Shown here: positions 41,783-61,747 of the stretch, in pieces
Layout of the letters: each line of letters starts with the position of its first letter
Numbering within the stretch: the first letter of the stretch is position 1
Assembly: GCA_963693365.1 (NCBI GenBank)
Contig: CAVNZM010000012.1
Coordinates: 6,212,889 to 6,276,888, forward strand
From: Amoebidium appalachense
Lineage: Eukaryota > Protista > Ichthyosporea
Direction of reading: 5' to 3'
DNA: 64,000 nucleotides
Made by a program: the position numbers and the translations under genes
Notes under the pieces: model-generated
The model's database searches: none
What the model saw: the letters and a program-made list of their open reading frames with translations, nothing else
What the model was told of the DNA's origin: nothing

Positions 41783-44091
41783 AGAGAGAGAGAAAACGGG
41801 GGAATGAAGAGGGGGGGGATGGGGGAGTGCGTGAGAGAGAATCAGAGAGAGAGAGAGAGAGAGAGGGAGACATGCACCCACGCACACACGCGCACTCGCG
41901 CGCGCGCACACACACACACACACATGCACATGCACATGTACACACACACCGCACCCCCATGGGCACACGTACAACCACCCACACACGAGCGCGCACACAC
42001 ACACACACGTACACACGTACACGCACACACACACACGTACACATTCACGCGCACGCGCACGCGCACGCGCACGCGCACATGCATACATGAAGGAAAAGAG
42101 AGGGAGAGTTACCTTCATAGAGATGGACAAAGCCGCACTAATGCAGGTGCACACAGACTAACCGGGCTCCTTCTTTAGCCCTTCTTTCATTTACTATATC
42201 TGAGTGTTAATATGGTATATGGTTTGGGATCTTTCCTCTCTGCTCTGTTGCCTGATCACCTTGCCTGTTCCCTCCATAAATCCTCCCCCCCCCCCTCCCC
42301 CCCCCCCTCCCCCCGGCCCCCCCCCCGCCTGCGACAGTCACATCACATTGTCTACATGAAAGACATTGTTAACCCCCCTCCCCCCTCCCCCTCCCCCCCC
42401 CCCCCTCCCCCCCTTTCTCCCTCCCTCCCTCCCTCCCCCCTCCCCCCACTCCCCCCCAACTTTGATGTCTCGTCCACCATATTTCCAACCCAACGCTCCA
42501 ATGCATACCTCCTCCCCTCCAACCCCCCACCCCCTCCTCCCCCCACCCCTCTTTCCCCCTCCTTTTGTGTTTCATTACTCTTTCCTTTTTTCTCTCTCCT
42601 TCATGCACTGACACTCTCCACTCTCCTATCCACACACCCCCTCCCTTTCCCCCCCCTCCCTCTCCCCCCTCCTCTTTTGTGTTTCGCTGCCCTTCTTTTC
42701 TTTTCTTTTCCTACTAACGCTAATTCATTTACAGATCAGCAAGCTAATGGACAAGTTTGAGGAGTGTTTTGACGACCTGGACATCCAGACCCAGGTCATG
42801 GAGGGCAGCATGCAGAACAGTGTGACCACCTCACTGCCTGAGGACCAGGTCGAGGGATTGATGCAAAGGGTACGGGCACACTGTAAATGTGGTGAAAGGC
42901 TGAAAAGCGGGGGAGGGGGTGGTGGGGGAGGGGAGGGGGAGGGGGAGGGGAAAGATGGGGGGGGCGGGGTAGGAGGAGGGGGGGGAAGGTGTTCTGTAAA
43001 TGCGGTTCAAAGGTGTAAAACGGGGGTCCAGCATGGATGGATGGGTGGGAGTGGGGATGTGGATGTGTGGGTGTTGGGTGGGTTAACGGGTGTGGGTGTG
43101 TGTGTGCGTGCGTGTGCGTGTGCGTGTGTGATGCCTAGATAGATTCCTGCACGGGCAGGATCATGGGGTTAATGAAGTGCATAATGTTTGTCGTATCTTC
43201 AACGTCCATGCTTGCCACCCTCCCCCCTCTCCCCCCCCCCCTCCTCCTCCTCTCTCTCTCTCTCCCCCCCCTCCCCCCTCTCCCCCTTAGCCCCTCCTTC
43301 CCTGCCTGTTGAAGAGTGGAAACGAAGAAGGAAAGCACAACGAGCCCACATGTGTACACACGCCAGACCCTTACACCTTACGTTTACACGAGCATTTGTA
43401 CATTCTTTGTCGCAGACACACGACTGTGCATTCATGCTCCCTCCCCCACTCCCCCGTGTCTCTCTCTTTCTCTTTCTCTCTCACTCTCTCTCGCTTCCCC
43501 CCCCCCCGCCGGCCGCCACTGCCGGCTATTCATCCCTCTGCCCCATCCGCACACCCATCTGCCCCCATACGGACACATCACGCACTTCCACACCGTGGCA
43601 TACACGTGCGCACAAGCGCACACGAAAAAACACATGCACACGCACACACGTTCAAGCACACACACACACACACTTTCATGACACAAACGCATGCAAGTTC
43701 ATTTACGTGCACACTTCACACACCACACACGTAGCATGGGGCACAAGCAAGGGTACACACGTACACACTCGCACACACGCGTACATGCACGTGCACACGT
43801 GCACGCACATAAACAAACACAACGTGCACACAAGTACACGTACACGTACACGTACACGTACATGTACACGTACACGTACACGTACACGTACACGTACACG
43901 TACATGTACACGTACACGTACACGTACACGTACACGTACACGTACATGTACACACACAGGTTGCCGACGAGCACGGTCTCGAGCTCAACCAGCAGCTGGG
44001 CAACCTGCCTGTCGGCGCCACTACGTCAGTAACGGCTGCAGAGCAGGACGAACTCACAGAACGCCTGAAGAAACTCCGCGAGGAAAATTAA
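39203..44091 (+). CDS. CHMP1: ESCRT-III subunit CHMP1/Did2/Vps46
   Basis: Exons 39203-39224, 39658-39755, 40680-40826, 41521-41589, 42735-42869, 43960-44091 give [24 protein letters not shown]...[91 protein letters not shown]...[13 protein letters not shown]...[15 protein letters not shown], ending in a MIM1 motif. Confidence 0.96.
39225..39657 (+). other. Putative U12-type (minor spliceosome) GC-AG intron in CHMP1
   Basis: 5' end GCATCCCTTT (U12 consensus RTATCCTTT); branch TTCCTTGAC at 39640-39648, with the branch A 10 nt before the AAG acceptor; no pyrimidine tract between them. Splicing restores MEN-ALFNLK. Confidence 0.75.
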
Positions 44092-44223
44092 AGTTTTAAA
44101 ATTATGTTAAATTTTTATTTGCCATTCACCTCATAAAACTAATAGAAAATGATGAACATAGCTAGGGGTTTGCGATTGCAGTGTTGGCTTATGGTTGTTT
44201 TGAGCTGTATTTTCAGTTGTTGT

Positions 44224-44270
<47 letters not shown>

Positions 44271-44593
44271 CTACATCAGGCAATTTAATTTGCTTTTATT
44301 GGTAGTTTGTGTTTCCGTCTGCTGACCAATAGTATAACCCAGGCCCCCGCACTTTTTATACATATTCCTACCGGTACCGTTTTGATGGTTTTGCATATAA
44401 AAAGCTTATTAGGAGGACTGTTAGTACGCAAATATGACGACTGCACAAGTATCTTTGCCAAGTTTACATACTGAGGATTGAGCAAAAACACGGTTGCTCA
44501 GGGCCAGAATAATTCGAAGCTTAGTTGGACGAGTGTTTGTATTGATTCTGGTTCTTTTGAACCCGGTGGAATTCCAGCAAGTGATTTTTCCCC

Positions 44594-44647
<54 letters not shown>

Positions 44648-45342
44648 CTATTCAAATCTGCACGTGGTATATACATGTACGACAACACTAGCGTCACCCG
44701 TTTATTTGGATTATCACAAGGATGTTTTCTACGACTGCACTAACCAAATGCACACACCATTTCCACCGTTGTAGTTTGCATGAGGGGTTTTTAGTCATTG
44801 GTTTGTACTGTGGGACATGTATGGTACCGGACCAGCATGCATGTACCAAGTTGATACGTACATGTTATATTTCTGACATCGTAGGTGCGCATTAATCTTG
44901 CAAGTGGTGCTTAGAAGATCTAGAATTTATATACAGCTGCAACAATTCATGAACTCAGTGGGTGGGTGGAGCGGTGGATCAAGTTAGTGTTTCTCTCAGC
45001 TTATCTTTCTTGGAGTCTTCTTCCTTCTCCCCCCTTCCTTTTCTTTCTTTGTTTTATTTTCCTTCTTTCTTTTCTTTTCTTTTTTTTATATATATAAATA
45101 TGGGGGGGGGAGGGGTGGGGGGGGGGAAGGTCTGTGATGGTGGTGGTGGTGGTGTGTGTGTGTGTGTGTGTACACGTGTGTGTGTTGGTGGTGGTAATGG
45201 TGGTTGGGGGGGAGAAGGGGGGGGGGGGGGGGGGGGGGGAGGGGGAGAAGGCTTCCTCTCTTTTTTAAGCTTTCTTGTCTTCTTCTTCTTTTTTTTTTTT
45301 TTTTTTGAGATATTGTTCTCTGTGGTGGTGGGGGTGGGGGTG

Positions 45343-45384
<42 letters not shown>

Positions 45385-45574
45385 GTGTGTGTGTTGTGTG
45401 TGTGCGTGTGCGTGTCTGAGTGTGTACACTTGGGTGTGCACGTGTGTGTGTGTGTTGGGGGGGGGGGGGGGGGGGGGGGGGGAGGGGGGGGGGGGGGGAG
45501 GGGGGGGGGGGGGGGGGGAGGGGGGGGGGAGGGGGGGGGGGGGGGGGGGGGGGCGGGATGGTATTAGATATGGA

Positions 45575-45742
45575 ATGCACGGTACGAAGTGCACGTACTC
45601 GATGCCATACATGTGCACGGCACGGTGCAAAATCCACAGCGTGCAAATACTCGATGCCATACATGTGCACGGCACGGCGCAAAATCCACAGCGTGCAAAT
45701 ACTCGATGCCATACATGTGTACGGCACGGTGCAAAATCCACA
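45575..45742. repeat. 52-bp tandem repeat, ~3 copies
   Basis: GCACGGCACGGTGCAAAATCCACAGCGTGCAAATACTCGATGCCATACATGT repeated. Confidence 0.9.
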
Positions 45743-45907
45743 GGCAAAATTGTAGAAAGCAAACATCCCATCGAAGTACTTATGCAATATCAGCAACGTA
45801 TGCTGTATGAACATTTGACTCTGCTACTCTGCTGCAGAACCGGGTCCCAATCCTGGCCATGGGAAGGTCCTTTTTTTTCTTCTTTTCTTTTCTTTCTTTT
45901 TTTTTTT

Positions 45908-45986
<79 letters not shown>

Positions 45987-46297
45987 CGTGTATGCACATG
46001 CACTGAAATGTGTACATGTGGGGCTAGCTTCTATTTGTTTGTACTATATTTTTCGCAGTTGATTAGGCCTGATCCCCAAATTGAATTTACGGCAAATCAA
46101 TGATATTCCACAGCATCCTATTGATGTGTTTTTACGTTCTCTTAGGCGCTCCCTATATGGTTCTTTTGGGCCGCCAGCAAGTAGCATTCCTTTCAATTCC
46201 ATATTAGGGAACCTACGTCTCTGTCTGATTATTGTATTTCCCTGCCCAAGCTCAATGTTGCTTGGGCGGCCTTACACTGGCGTATATTAATTATGTA

Positions 46298-46553
46298 TTT
46301 CATAACCGTAGCTGTCACTTCTGTGATACTAGATTCGATAGAAAGACCGATGTAGTATGTTAATCCAGATTGTTTCAGTTTCTGTCCGGCTGCAGGCATT
46401 TACCCGCTCTCCCAATATCACTACCTTTCATAACCGTAGCTGTCACTTCTGTAATACTAGATTCGATAGAAAGACCGATGTAGTATGTTAATCCAGATTG
46501 TTCCAGTTTCTGTCCGGCTGCAGGCATTTACCCGCTCTCCCAATATCACTACC
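46298..46553. repeat. 128-bp tandem duplication inside a non-microsatellite, possibly TE-derived segment
   Basis: 46298-46425 and 46426-46553 are near-identical (2 substitutions seen). Confidence 0.95.
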
Positions 46554-47034
46554 TTAGACTTTCTGTTGAATTGCAAAAAGTATAATATTTTCTATGCAGT
46601 CTACTCTTGCATGGCTAATAACTTAGCAATTGTTGGCCCCCGTAGTTGAGCTCATACGTGCAGCTTTTAGCAATCTATCTATAGAATTCTCGTTTTTGGT
46701 ATATCTCGTTGGATATTCGGTGAAGCTATCTCAGCGACTATCTCGTTGTGTCTATGGCAACTGTACTATATATCCATTCTTAGCCCTGTCTGATGCCCCG
46801 ATCGAAATTTTTGGGCCATTATAAAAAAAAAATTACATGTACAAATTTCGATTAACGGTTATCACTGCTAGAACTGAAGGCATTATTCATGTCGTTCCCA
46901 CATGTTTAGCCTAAATGAGATTGGTATTGAAATATGTTTAACAGCATGTTATTATTGCCAATCAAAAATCGCACAAAGTTGGAAACTTTGGGTGCATGCA
47001 CACGTGCACGTGTGTGTGTATGGTGCTGTGTGCG

Positions 47035-47105
<71 letters not shown>

Positions 47106-47378
47106 GTGTGAGCATTTGGATACTATGTGTGCGTGGGTGGAAGTCTCACGAGAACTTCGAGGTGACATGCGCTAAACAACAAAGTCAACATCAAAAACAG
47201 AACGCCGCCTTCATAAACTTGTTCTACCGACTAGACAAAAAGCAAGATCCTCGAAGGCAAAGAGGGAAAAAAAAAAAAGAAAAACCGGGGAAAGTATGGA
47301 AAAAATAAGAAAACAAAGTAAAAAAGATTACACTATGAAAGGAACAAAAACACAAATGACATATTTGGCAATAGCAAG

Positions 47379-47544
47379 AATACTTGGCTTGATTCATCAA
47401 GCACTATTTAGAGTGTATTCTAGGGCAATCATTGGTTGAAATGGTGTTTCTAACAATGATAGCCCATTGGGTGAGCTCCGTTGGTATATAAGGAGCGAAC
47501 TCCTACTAGTCGTTAGCTCATTTTCCAACGTCGCACCCACTTCA
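47379..47544 (+). repeat. Terminal direct repeat A1 (166 bp; contains two ATTGG and a TATATAA box)
   Basis: Near-identical to 49476-49645. Confidence 0.95.
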
Positions 47545-47654
47545 TGCGACGTTTTTGGCGAGAGCTCGGTTTAGGTTGCAGTCCCCTTTGCACACTTAGA
47601 TCTAAATAAGCTACGGTAGGTGGCAGAACTTGTCACCCTAATTCCTCGCCTAGC

Positions 47655-47969
47655 ATGGAGAACGCTGCCTTCAACCTGTATAGCGCCGAGGTTTGCAGGC
47701 TCCTTCCGGCTGATAACAACAACAAGGAGGAGTCGGCCGAGCAGCGGTGAGAGCGCCTTCGGCAGTACGGCGCCAAGTGGTCCAAGGCTGTTGCGCAAGC
47801 CAAACAGAAGGAGCGCGAATCCGAGCTGGTTGGCGCATCGGCCAACAAGCAAGCTAGCGAGGGCGGGCCCGCAGGCCCCTACACGCACGAGGGCGGCCGC
47901 GGAGGCTACCCCAACCCCAACAGGACGGCACCTAGTGGCAGTCACTCTACCGGCGCTCCGCGCCAGTAG
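47655..47969 (+). pseudogene. Small ORF1 of the YR element (~104 codons, one in-frame TGA at 47748), possibly a gag-like remnant
   Basis: MENAAFNLYSAEVCRLLPADNNNKEESAEQR*ERLRQYGAKWSKAVAQAKQKERESELV...; GC-rich, starts ~110 bp after A1. The TGA is one C>T change from CGA. Not present in the ORF track. Confidence 0.5.
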
Positions 47970-48126
47970 AGGTCCCTTCGCCTTCCTTCTCCGAGCGGCG
48001 TACGCTGGGCACTGTACCATAGCGCAGCAATATTCCCCAAAAATTTCGTATGCTTTGATTTACACTGTTCTACCGTGTTGAGTTTCCACGTTCTTCCATT
48101 CGTTGTTTATTAGGTCGCTGCGGAAG

Positions 48127-49297
48127 ATGCCCCTCTGGGCCTTGAACTTCGCCACCGCGGTGGAGGACACTGTCCCGGTCGTTTCTGCACCTGCCCCTTC
48201 CCCAGCACCTGCGGAGCCGCCAAGGTCGACTTCTCCGCCCCCGGTGCCCCTGAAGGGGTGATTATTTTGCCCAGTCAAGAAGGTGGTGTGGAGGGCCCAG
48301 CTGCGGGGCCCCCTCCCACTGTGGATGTAAACCCCGCGGCGACGGGGCGTGTTTATGTTTCTCCCATCGGCGACTTTGGTGCGTGGTGTGCGGCTGTGGT
48401 CCAATCTATGCCCCCGACTCTCAGGGCAAATGTGGATGTTTTGATCAGCAACACCCTGGCCGCCACCACCTGGGAGCGCTACCAGATGGAAATTCGGTTT
48501 TACCTTCAGTTTTGTCAAGAGTCCGCCTTCGCCCCTTGGCCCCTCACCGGCACGGTTGCCACTGCGTATGTGGCCAAGTTGATGGAGCGAAATTACGCGC
48601 CGGGCACGGTGGTCGGCAAGCTCTCTGCCCTGCGCAAGGTACACGAACTTTGGGGGCTCCCATACCCTCCCCCGGGCATCGGTCATGTCCGCCCTCACCC
48701 AGGGGTACACCCGCACCCATATGCAGCGTAACCCCGACAAGCTGGCCGACCCGCGGCGGTTCGATGCCAAATGGGCGTCCCTCATCCTCACCCACCAGCC
48801 GCAGACCACCGCCGACACACAGCGGCGCTACACTGGGAGTGCTCCTGTTGGCCTACCTCTGGGGCCTGCGGTGGACCACGATCACCGAACTGCTCGCAGA
48901 AGACGTGGTTTTTGAAGGCCCGCACCCACAAGGCCACCGCATCACTCTACGGCTGCGGAAAATCAAGCAAGGCGCGGGCAAGTTGCGTGACCCCGTCGTG
49001 CGCACGCGAGAGGTGCCCACCATCTGTGTCCCGGCCCTACCGGCAGCAGTGGCTGCCACCCCCCGTCTCCCCGGCGCCCCCCACTGCATCCTCCCCACCG
49101 GTAACGTCAACCACCAGACCGAGTGGATGCAGCGCGAGTTGTGCGCTATCGGCGTGGAGCCCCTGTTAGCCAACGCCGTCACCTTCCACTGCCTCCGTCG
49201 TGGCATGGTCGGCGCGGCCAAGGCTGCGGGGGTCTCTGACCAGAAAATTGATTGGCTCGGCGCCTGGCTTGGCGCGAAGCCGGCCACCTATACATAG
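48127..49297 (+). pseudogene. DIRS/Ngaro-type tyrosine recombinase with ~3 frameshifts
   Basis: N-terminal core-binding domain (NTLAATTWERYQMEIRFYLQFC...YAPGTVVGKLSALRKVHELWGLP), linker (SALTQGYTR...RRFDAKW), catalytic R (AYLWGLR), K (LRKIK), HxxR (FHCLRRG), W (LGAW) and Y eight residues later (PATY). Frameshifts near 48255, 48670 and 48826. Confidence 0.88.
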
Positions 49298-49459
49298 TGT
49301 ACAGTAGCCTACGGCACCGGCCACCGACATACAGCCGACGACGTGCTGTATTTTGAAGCCCTGCGGGGCCTTGTTTGCAGTTGATTGTGTAAAGGATCTC
49401 TAATAAGCTTGTACCGGCGCCATACTTGTCTGATCATGAAGGCAGCAGTGGACGCAGGT

Positions 49460-49645
49460 AGCAACCATACATCTAAATACTTGGCTTGATTCATCAAGCA
49501 CTATTTAGAGTGTATTCTAGGGCTCTCATTGGTTGAAATGGTGTTTCTAACAATGATAGCCCATTGGGTGAGCTCCGTTGGTATAGTATAAAGGAGCGAA
49601 CTCCTACTAGTCGTTAGCTCATTTCCCAACGTCGCACCCACTTCA
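49460..49645 (+). repeat. Internal B1|A2 junction (copy of the element's predicted circle junction)
   Basis: AGCAACCATACATCTA-AAT-ACTTGGCTTGATTC... is the right-end sequence fused to the left-end sequence through the shared AAT. Confidence 0.9.
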
Positions 49646-49748
49646 CCCACCCACCCGCCCGAGCTCTAGGGTTGGCATCCCAACATTGCATTGCATGCAC
49701 AGCTTCCGAGCTTTATGCGCACGTCCCCACAACACAACACACACACAT

Positions 49749-49781
<33 letters not shown>

Positions 49782-50046
49782 CACACACAACACACGTGCA
49801 CATGTTCACTCAAACACCCGCACACACACATACACACACAAAACACACATATACACGCACGTACACGCACACAAGCATGCCCCCCTGCGCACGGGTGGTG
49901 GGGGATGGAGTGAGGTTTTCGTAAGGATATGAGAACGAGGTTGTGGTAAGCCTGTAAAGTGATGTGTGTCGCTGTATGTAAGTGTTGTCGACGATCTCTG
50001 ATCCCTGTGGGATCACAGCCTGAACCGAGCTCATAAAGCAATCGAA

Positions 50047-50065
50047 AGCAACCATACATCTAAAT
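50047..50065 (+). repeat. Right terminal repeat B2 (19 bp, AGCAACCATACATCTAAAT)
   Basis: Exact match to 49460-49478. Confidence 0.9.
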
Positions 50066-50504
50066 GTCGTTATGAACGGCCATCCATCAATTAAGCATGA
50101 TCTACAGTCTATGGGTGCCTGCACCCAAAATTTAAAATACTAAATTTTAACAGAAGGCTCCCATTGAACCTGCCAGCGGTTACCCTGATAAGTGATCTAA
50201 GTTGGTGTTGGCAAGTCGCCGGTGGGGTGATGTCCTTTTCAGTGTGCGTGTGCATGGTGATATTCGTGTCCGCGTATACACTTGTATGGCGAGTGCGCGG
50301 GTGTGCATATGGCTGTACTCGTAACAGCACGTGTGCACGTGTGCATGTGTGTGTGTGTATGCGTGCGAGCGCGCCACGAGTGTATAAGTGTGTGTGTGAG
50401 TTTGTGCGTGCGCATGTGTGTGTGTGTGTGTGTGCCTGTGGATGCCGATACATGCATTGTCCACAGCGACTCCGCCCCCTTCCCAGTACACGACCAATAC
50501 CAGC

Positions 50505-59085
<8,581 letters not shown>

Positions 59086-60922
59086 TTTGAGCTATGTCTG
59101 TGTGGGTGTCGTGTGTGCGCAGGCACACGCGGACACATGGGTGATTGAACCAAGTTGTGGATGTTGGTGTTATTGCCTCATCATTCGCGGTTGGGGCAGA
59201 ACTTTGGGATAGAGATCGTACTGGGCCACATGCGTGTGCATTCAAATAATGAGTGCCTGCCTGCCTATTCCTACCTCTGGTCTCTACATGTGCTTTAAGC
59301 TGTTATTGTAACTAACAACATGGTACATGGAAGCGACACTTATCGTAATATGAATCGTCAATTAGCTTGGACTAAAAATATGCTTATACGTGCATGAAAA
59401 TGAATGTCAGCAACCAGAAGGCCGGAACAAAGTTCGGCTTCAATATTCCCGTGTAGGGTTCTATCTGTTCATCGATTCTTGTTCTTAAGAAGACATGGCC
59501 AAGAAACAATGTTGCATGTTACAACAGAAGTTGTACGTGTTGGTGCAGGTAGGATTTGCGAAGCCCTGAAAACATGTGTGTATGTAGCAAGTGAATTGTT
59601 TCTCTCTGGTGCCTAAAATACGAAAAAAAAACCCCTATACGTACTAATGTGTATAACACCTCTACTCTCTACAGAATACACATTTGGAGTGTAGCTGTAC
59701 AGTGTTGTGTTTCAACTATATTAATAGCAACAGTGCTGTAGAATTCTAAGTTGTTCATTCCTTTGAGCAAGGACTGTACACGAAGCAGCCCCAAATTCAG
59801 GTTGGCTCCACCTAAAAATAGAACCCAATCGATCACTAGAGAATTAGTAATGGTGAGTGAACGCGGCAAACAAAAATGCTACATGCGCCTTCCCGCGGAA
59901 TCCTGCCGAGGTATTCATGCAGTTTATTTATTGATTGAATCTGTGATTATGCAGGAGCAGCATGCTCAGAAGTATTTTTCATGCAAAACTCAAATACTTA
60001 ATCTATTAAGGTCATGTAACTCATGGTTAACCGACCTTTATTTTCGAAATAATGGAGGGTGGCAGTAAAAGTACGGCACGCCGCACCTCAGGTTTTACCG
60101 CGCACTTTCTTATTTCCGACTGGCTATAAATAGATTGTTGGAATGCATGCGACATGCCTGTCTGAGACTGTGGCAATGTAAATAGACCCTGGCAGGCCAT
60201 TTAGCCAAAGTTCGATACTCACTACCATCATTTACTATATGTGTACTCTAATTACTATGAAATCAGCTGACTGAAGTCTGTGTTACTTATTGTGTGTACT
60301 GTGTGCGTCAGCTCACATATGTGTCTCGATTAGATAACTTACTGAACTTCGGAAAAAATTGAACCCCAGAAGCCGGTGCATGGCGCCGGCGTCCGAAGTG
60401 GTCCGAGTCGCCGGCTTCCGTACACCTTGCAATTGGGTGGCACACAACTCAACTTGCGGCTAATACCCACCGTGGCAGGTGTGCCCGGACAGATAATCCA
60501 CAACCGTACACACGTGAACTTGGAAAAATAATACATACTTCTTGTATTCAGTGATTCTGTTCTACTAGTAGATGTGAGAAGACTTCAAGTGACCGAGGCG
60601 ATATATATCGCGAGCTCACCCCGGACAGCCATCGATGCTGATTACTAAATGGGTGTGTGCTAATTCTTTTTATATTTAGGTTGCCCTCATGCGACATGCC
60701 ACGTAGCCATAGTGACTTCAAGTTCTGAGGTCTAATAGAGCAGTGACACGCGTACGGTGCACACACCCGCGCGCGTACGTACGTACGAACATGCTACCGG
60801 AACCGATCGATCCACCATGTGCATAGTCAACTTGCAGACTAGTGATATCACTAGACTTGACGGTGTGTACGTAGGCACCACACATGTAAATTGGAGCTGG
60901 GGCGGTGGTGTGCAATTGTTTC

Positions 60923-60961
<39 letters not shown>

Positions 60962-61049
60962 CCGCGGCCTCTCTCCCTATACTGAATATTAGAGATCTCG
61001 CTCGTTATCACACTGTTTCCCTGAGGCCCTCCCCATCCCCTTTCCTATG

Positions 61050-61111
<62 letters not shown>

Positions 61112-61135
61112 GTCTCCCTCTCTTCCTCTCTCTCT

Positions 61136-61170
<35 letters not shown>

Positions 61171-61346
61171 CTCCCACCCCTCCCTCTCTCTCCCTCCCTC
61201 CCTCTCTCTCTCTCTCTCTCCCCCCCCCCCCCTCCCCTCCCCCTCTCTCTCTCTTTCTCTTTCTCTAGTAGCCCCCTCCCCCCCCGGCCCCCCCTTCTCC
61301 CCCCTCCGGATCCCCCTTCCCCCCGCTCTCTCTCTCTCCCCCCCCC

Positions 61347-61413
<67 letters not shown>

Positions 61414-61475
61414 TCTCTCTGTACGTACATGTGTGTGTGTGTGCGCGCGCGCCTGTTCGGAATCCTTGGGTGTGT

Positions 61476-61513
<38 letters not shown>

Positions 61514-61529
61514 CGCTCTCTCCCTGCAT

Positions 61530-61692
61530 CCTCCGTGTGTATGTTGCGCTTCAGGGTGCAGCGCAGTTTTATCGTCACAAACAAATTTAAACCACCGGTC
61601 CAACTTTTAGGAACTTCAGTCAAAGATTCACGTAAGACACCGTCAGGGTCCTCCCCCCCCCCCCCTTCCACCACCACCACCATCAAACAGCC

Positions 61693-61747
<55 letters not shown>

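Larger units (their letters stand above)
47379..50065 (+). mobile_element. Tyrosine-recombinase element with split direct repeats (A1-ORF1-YR-B1A2-spacer-B2), no RT/RNase H
   Basis: A1 47379-47544 matches A2 49476-49645; B1 49460-49478 is identical to B2 50047-50065. AAT occurs at the left end, the internal B|A junction and the right end. A YR pseudogene lies inside. Confidence 0.85.

Noticed and set aside
47571-48818. Antisense ORFs 47571-48020 and 48060-48818
   Set aside because: Shadow frames of GC-rich plus-strand coding sequence with no recognisable motifs.
47379-49645. Conventional LTR retrotransposon or TRIM
   Set aside because: The repeats lack TG...CA ends, PBS/PPT and a 4-6-bp TSD; the internal gene is a tyrosine recombinase, and the B repeat extends the element to 50065.
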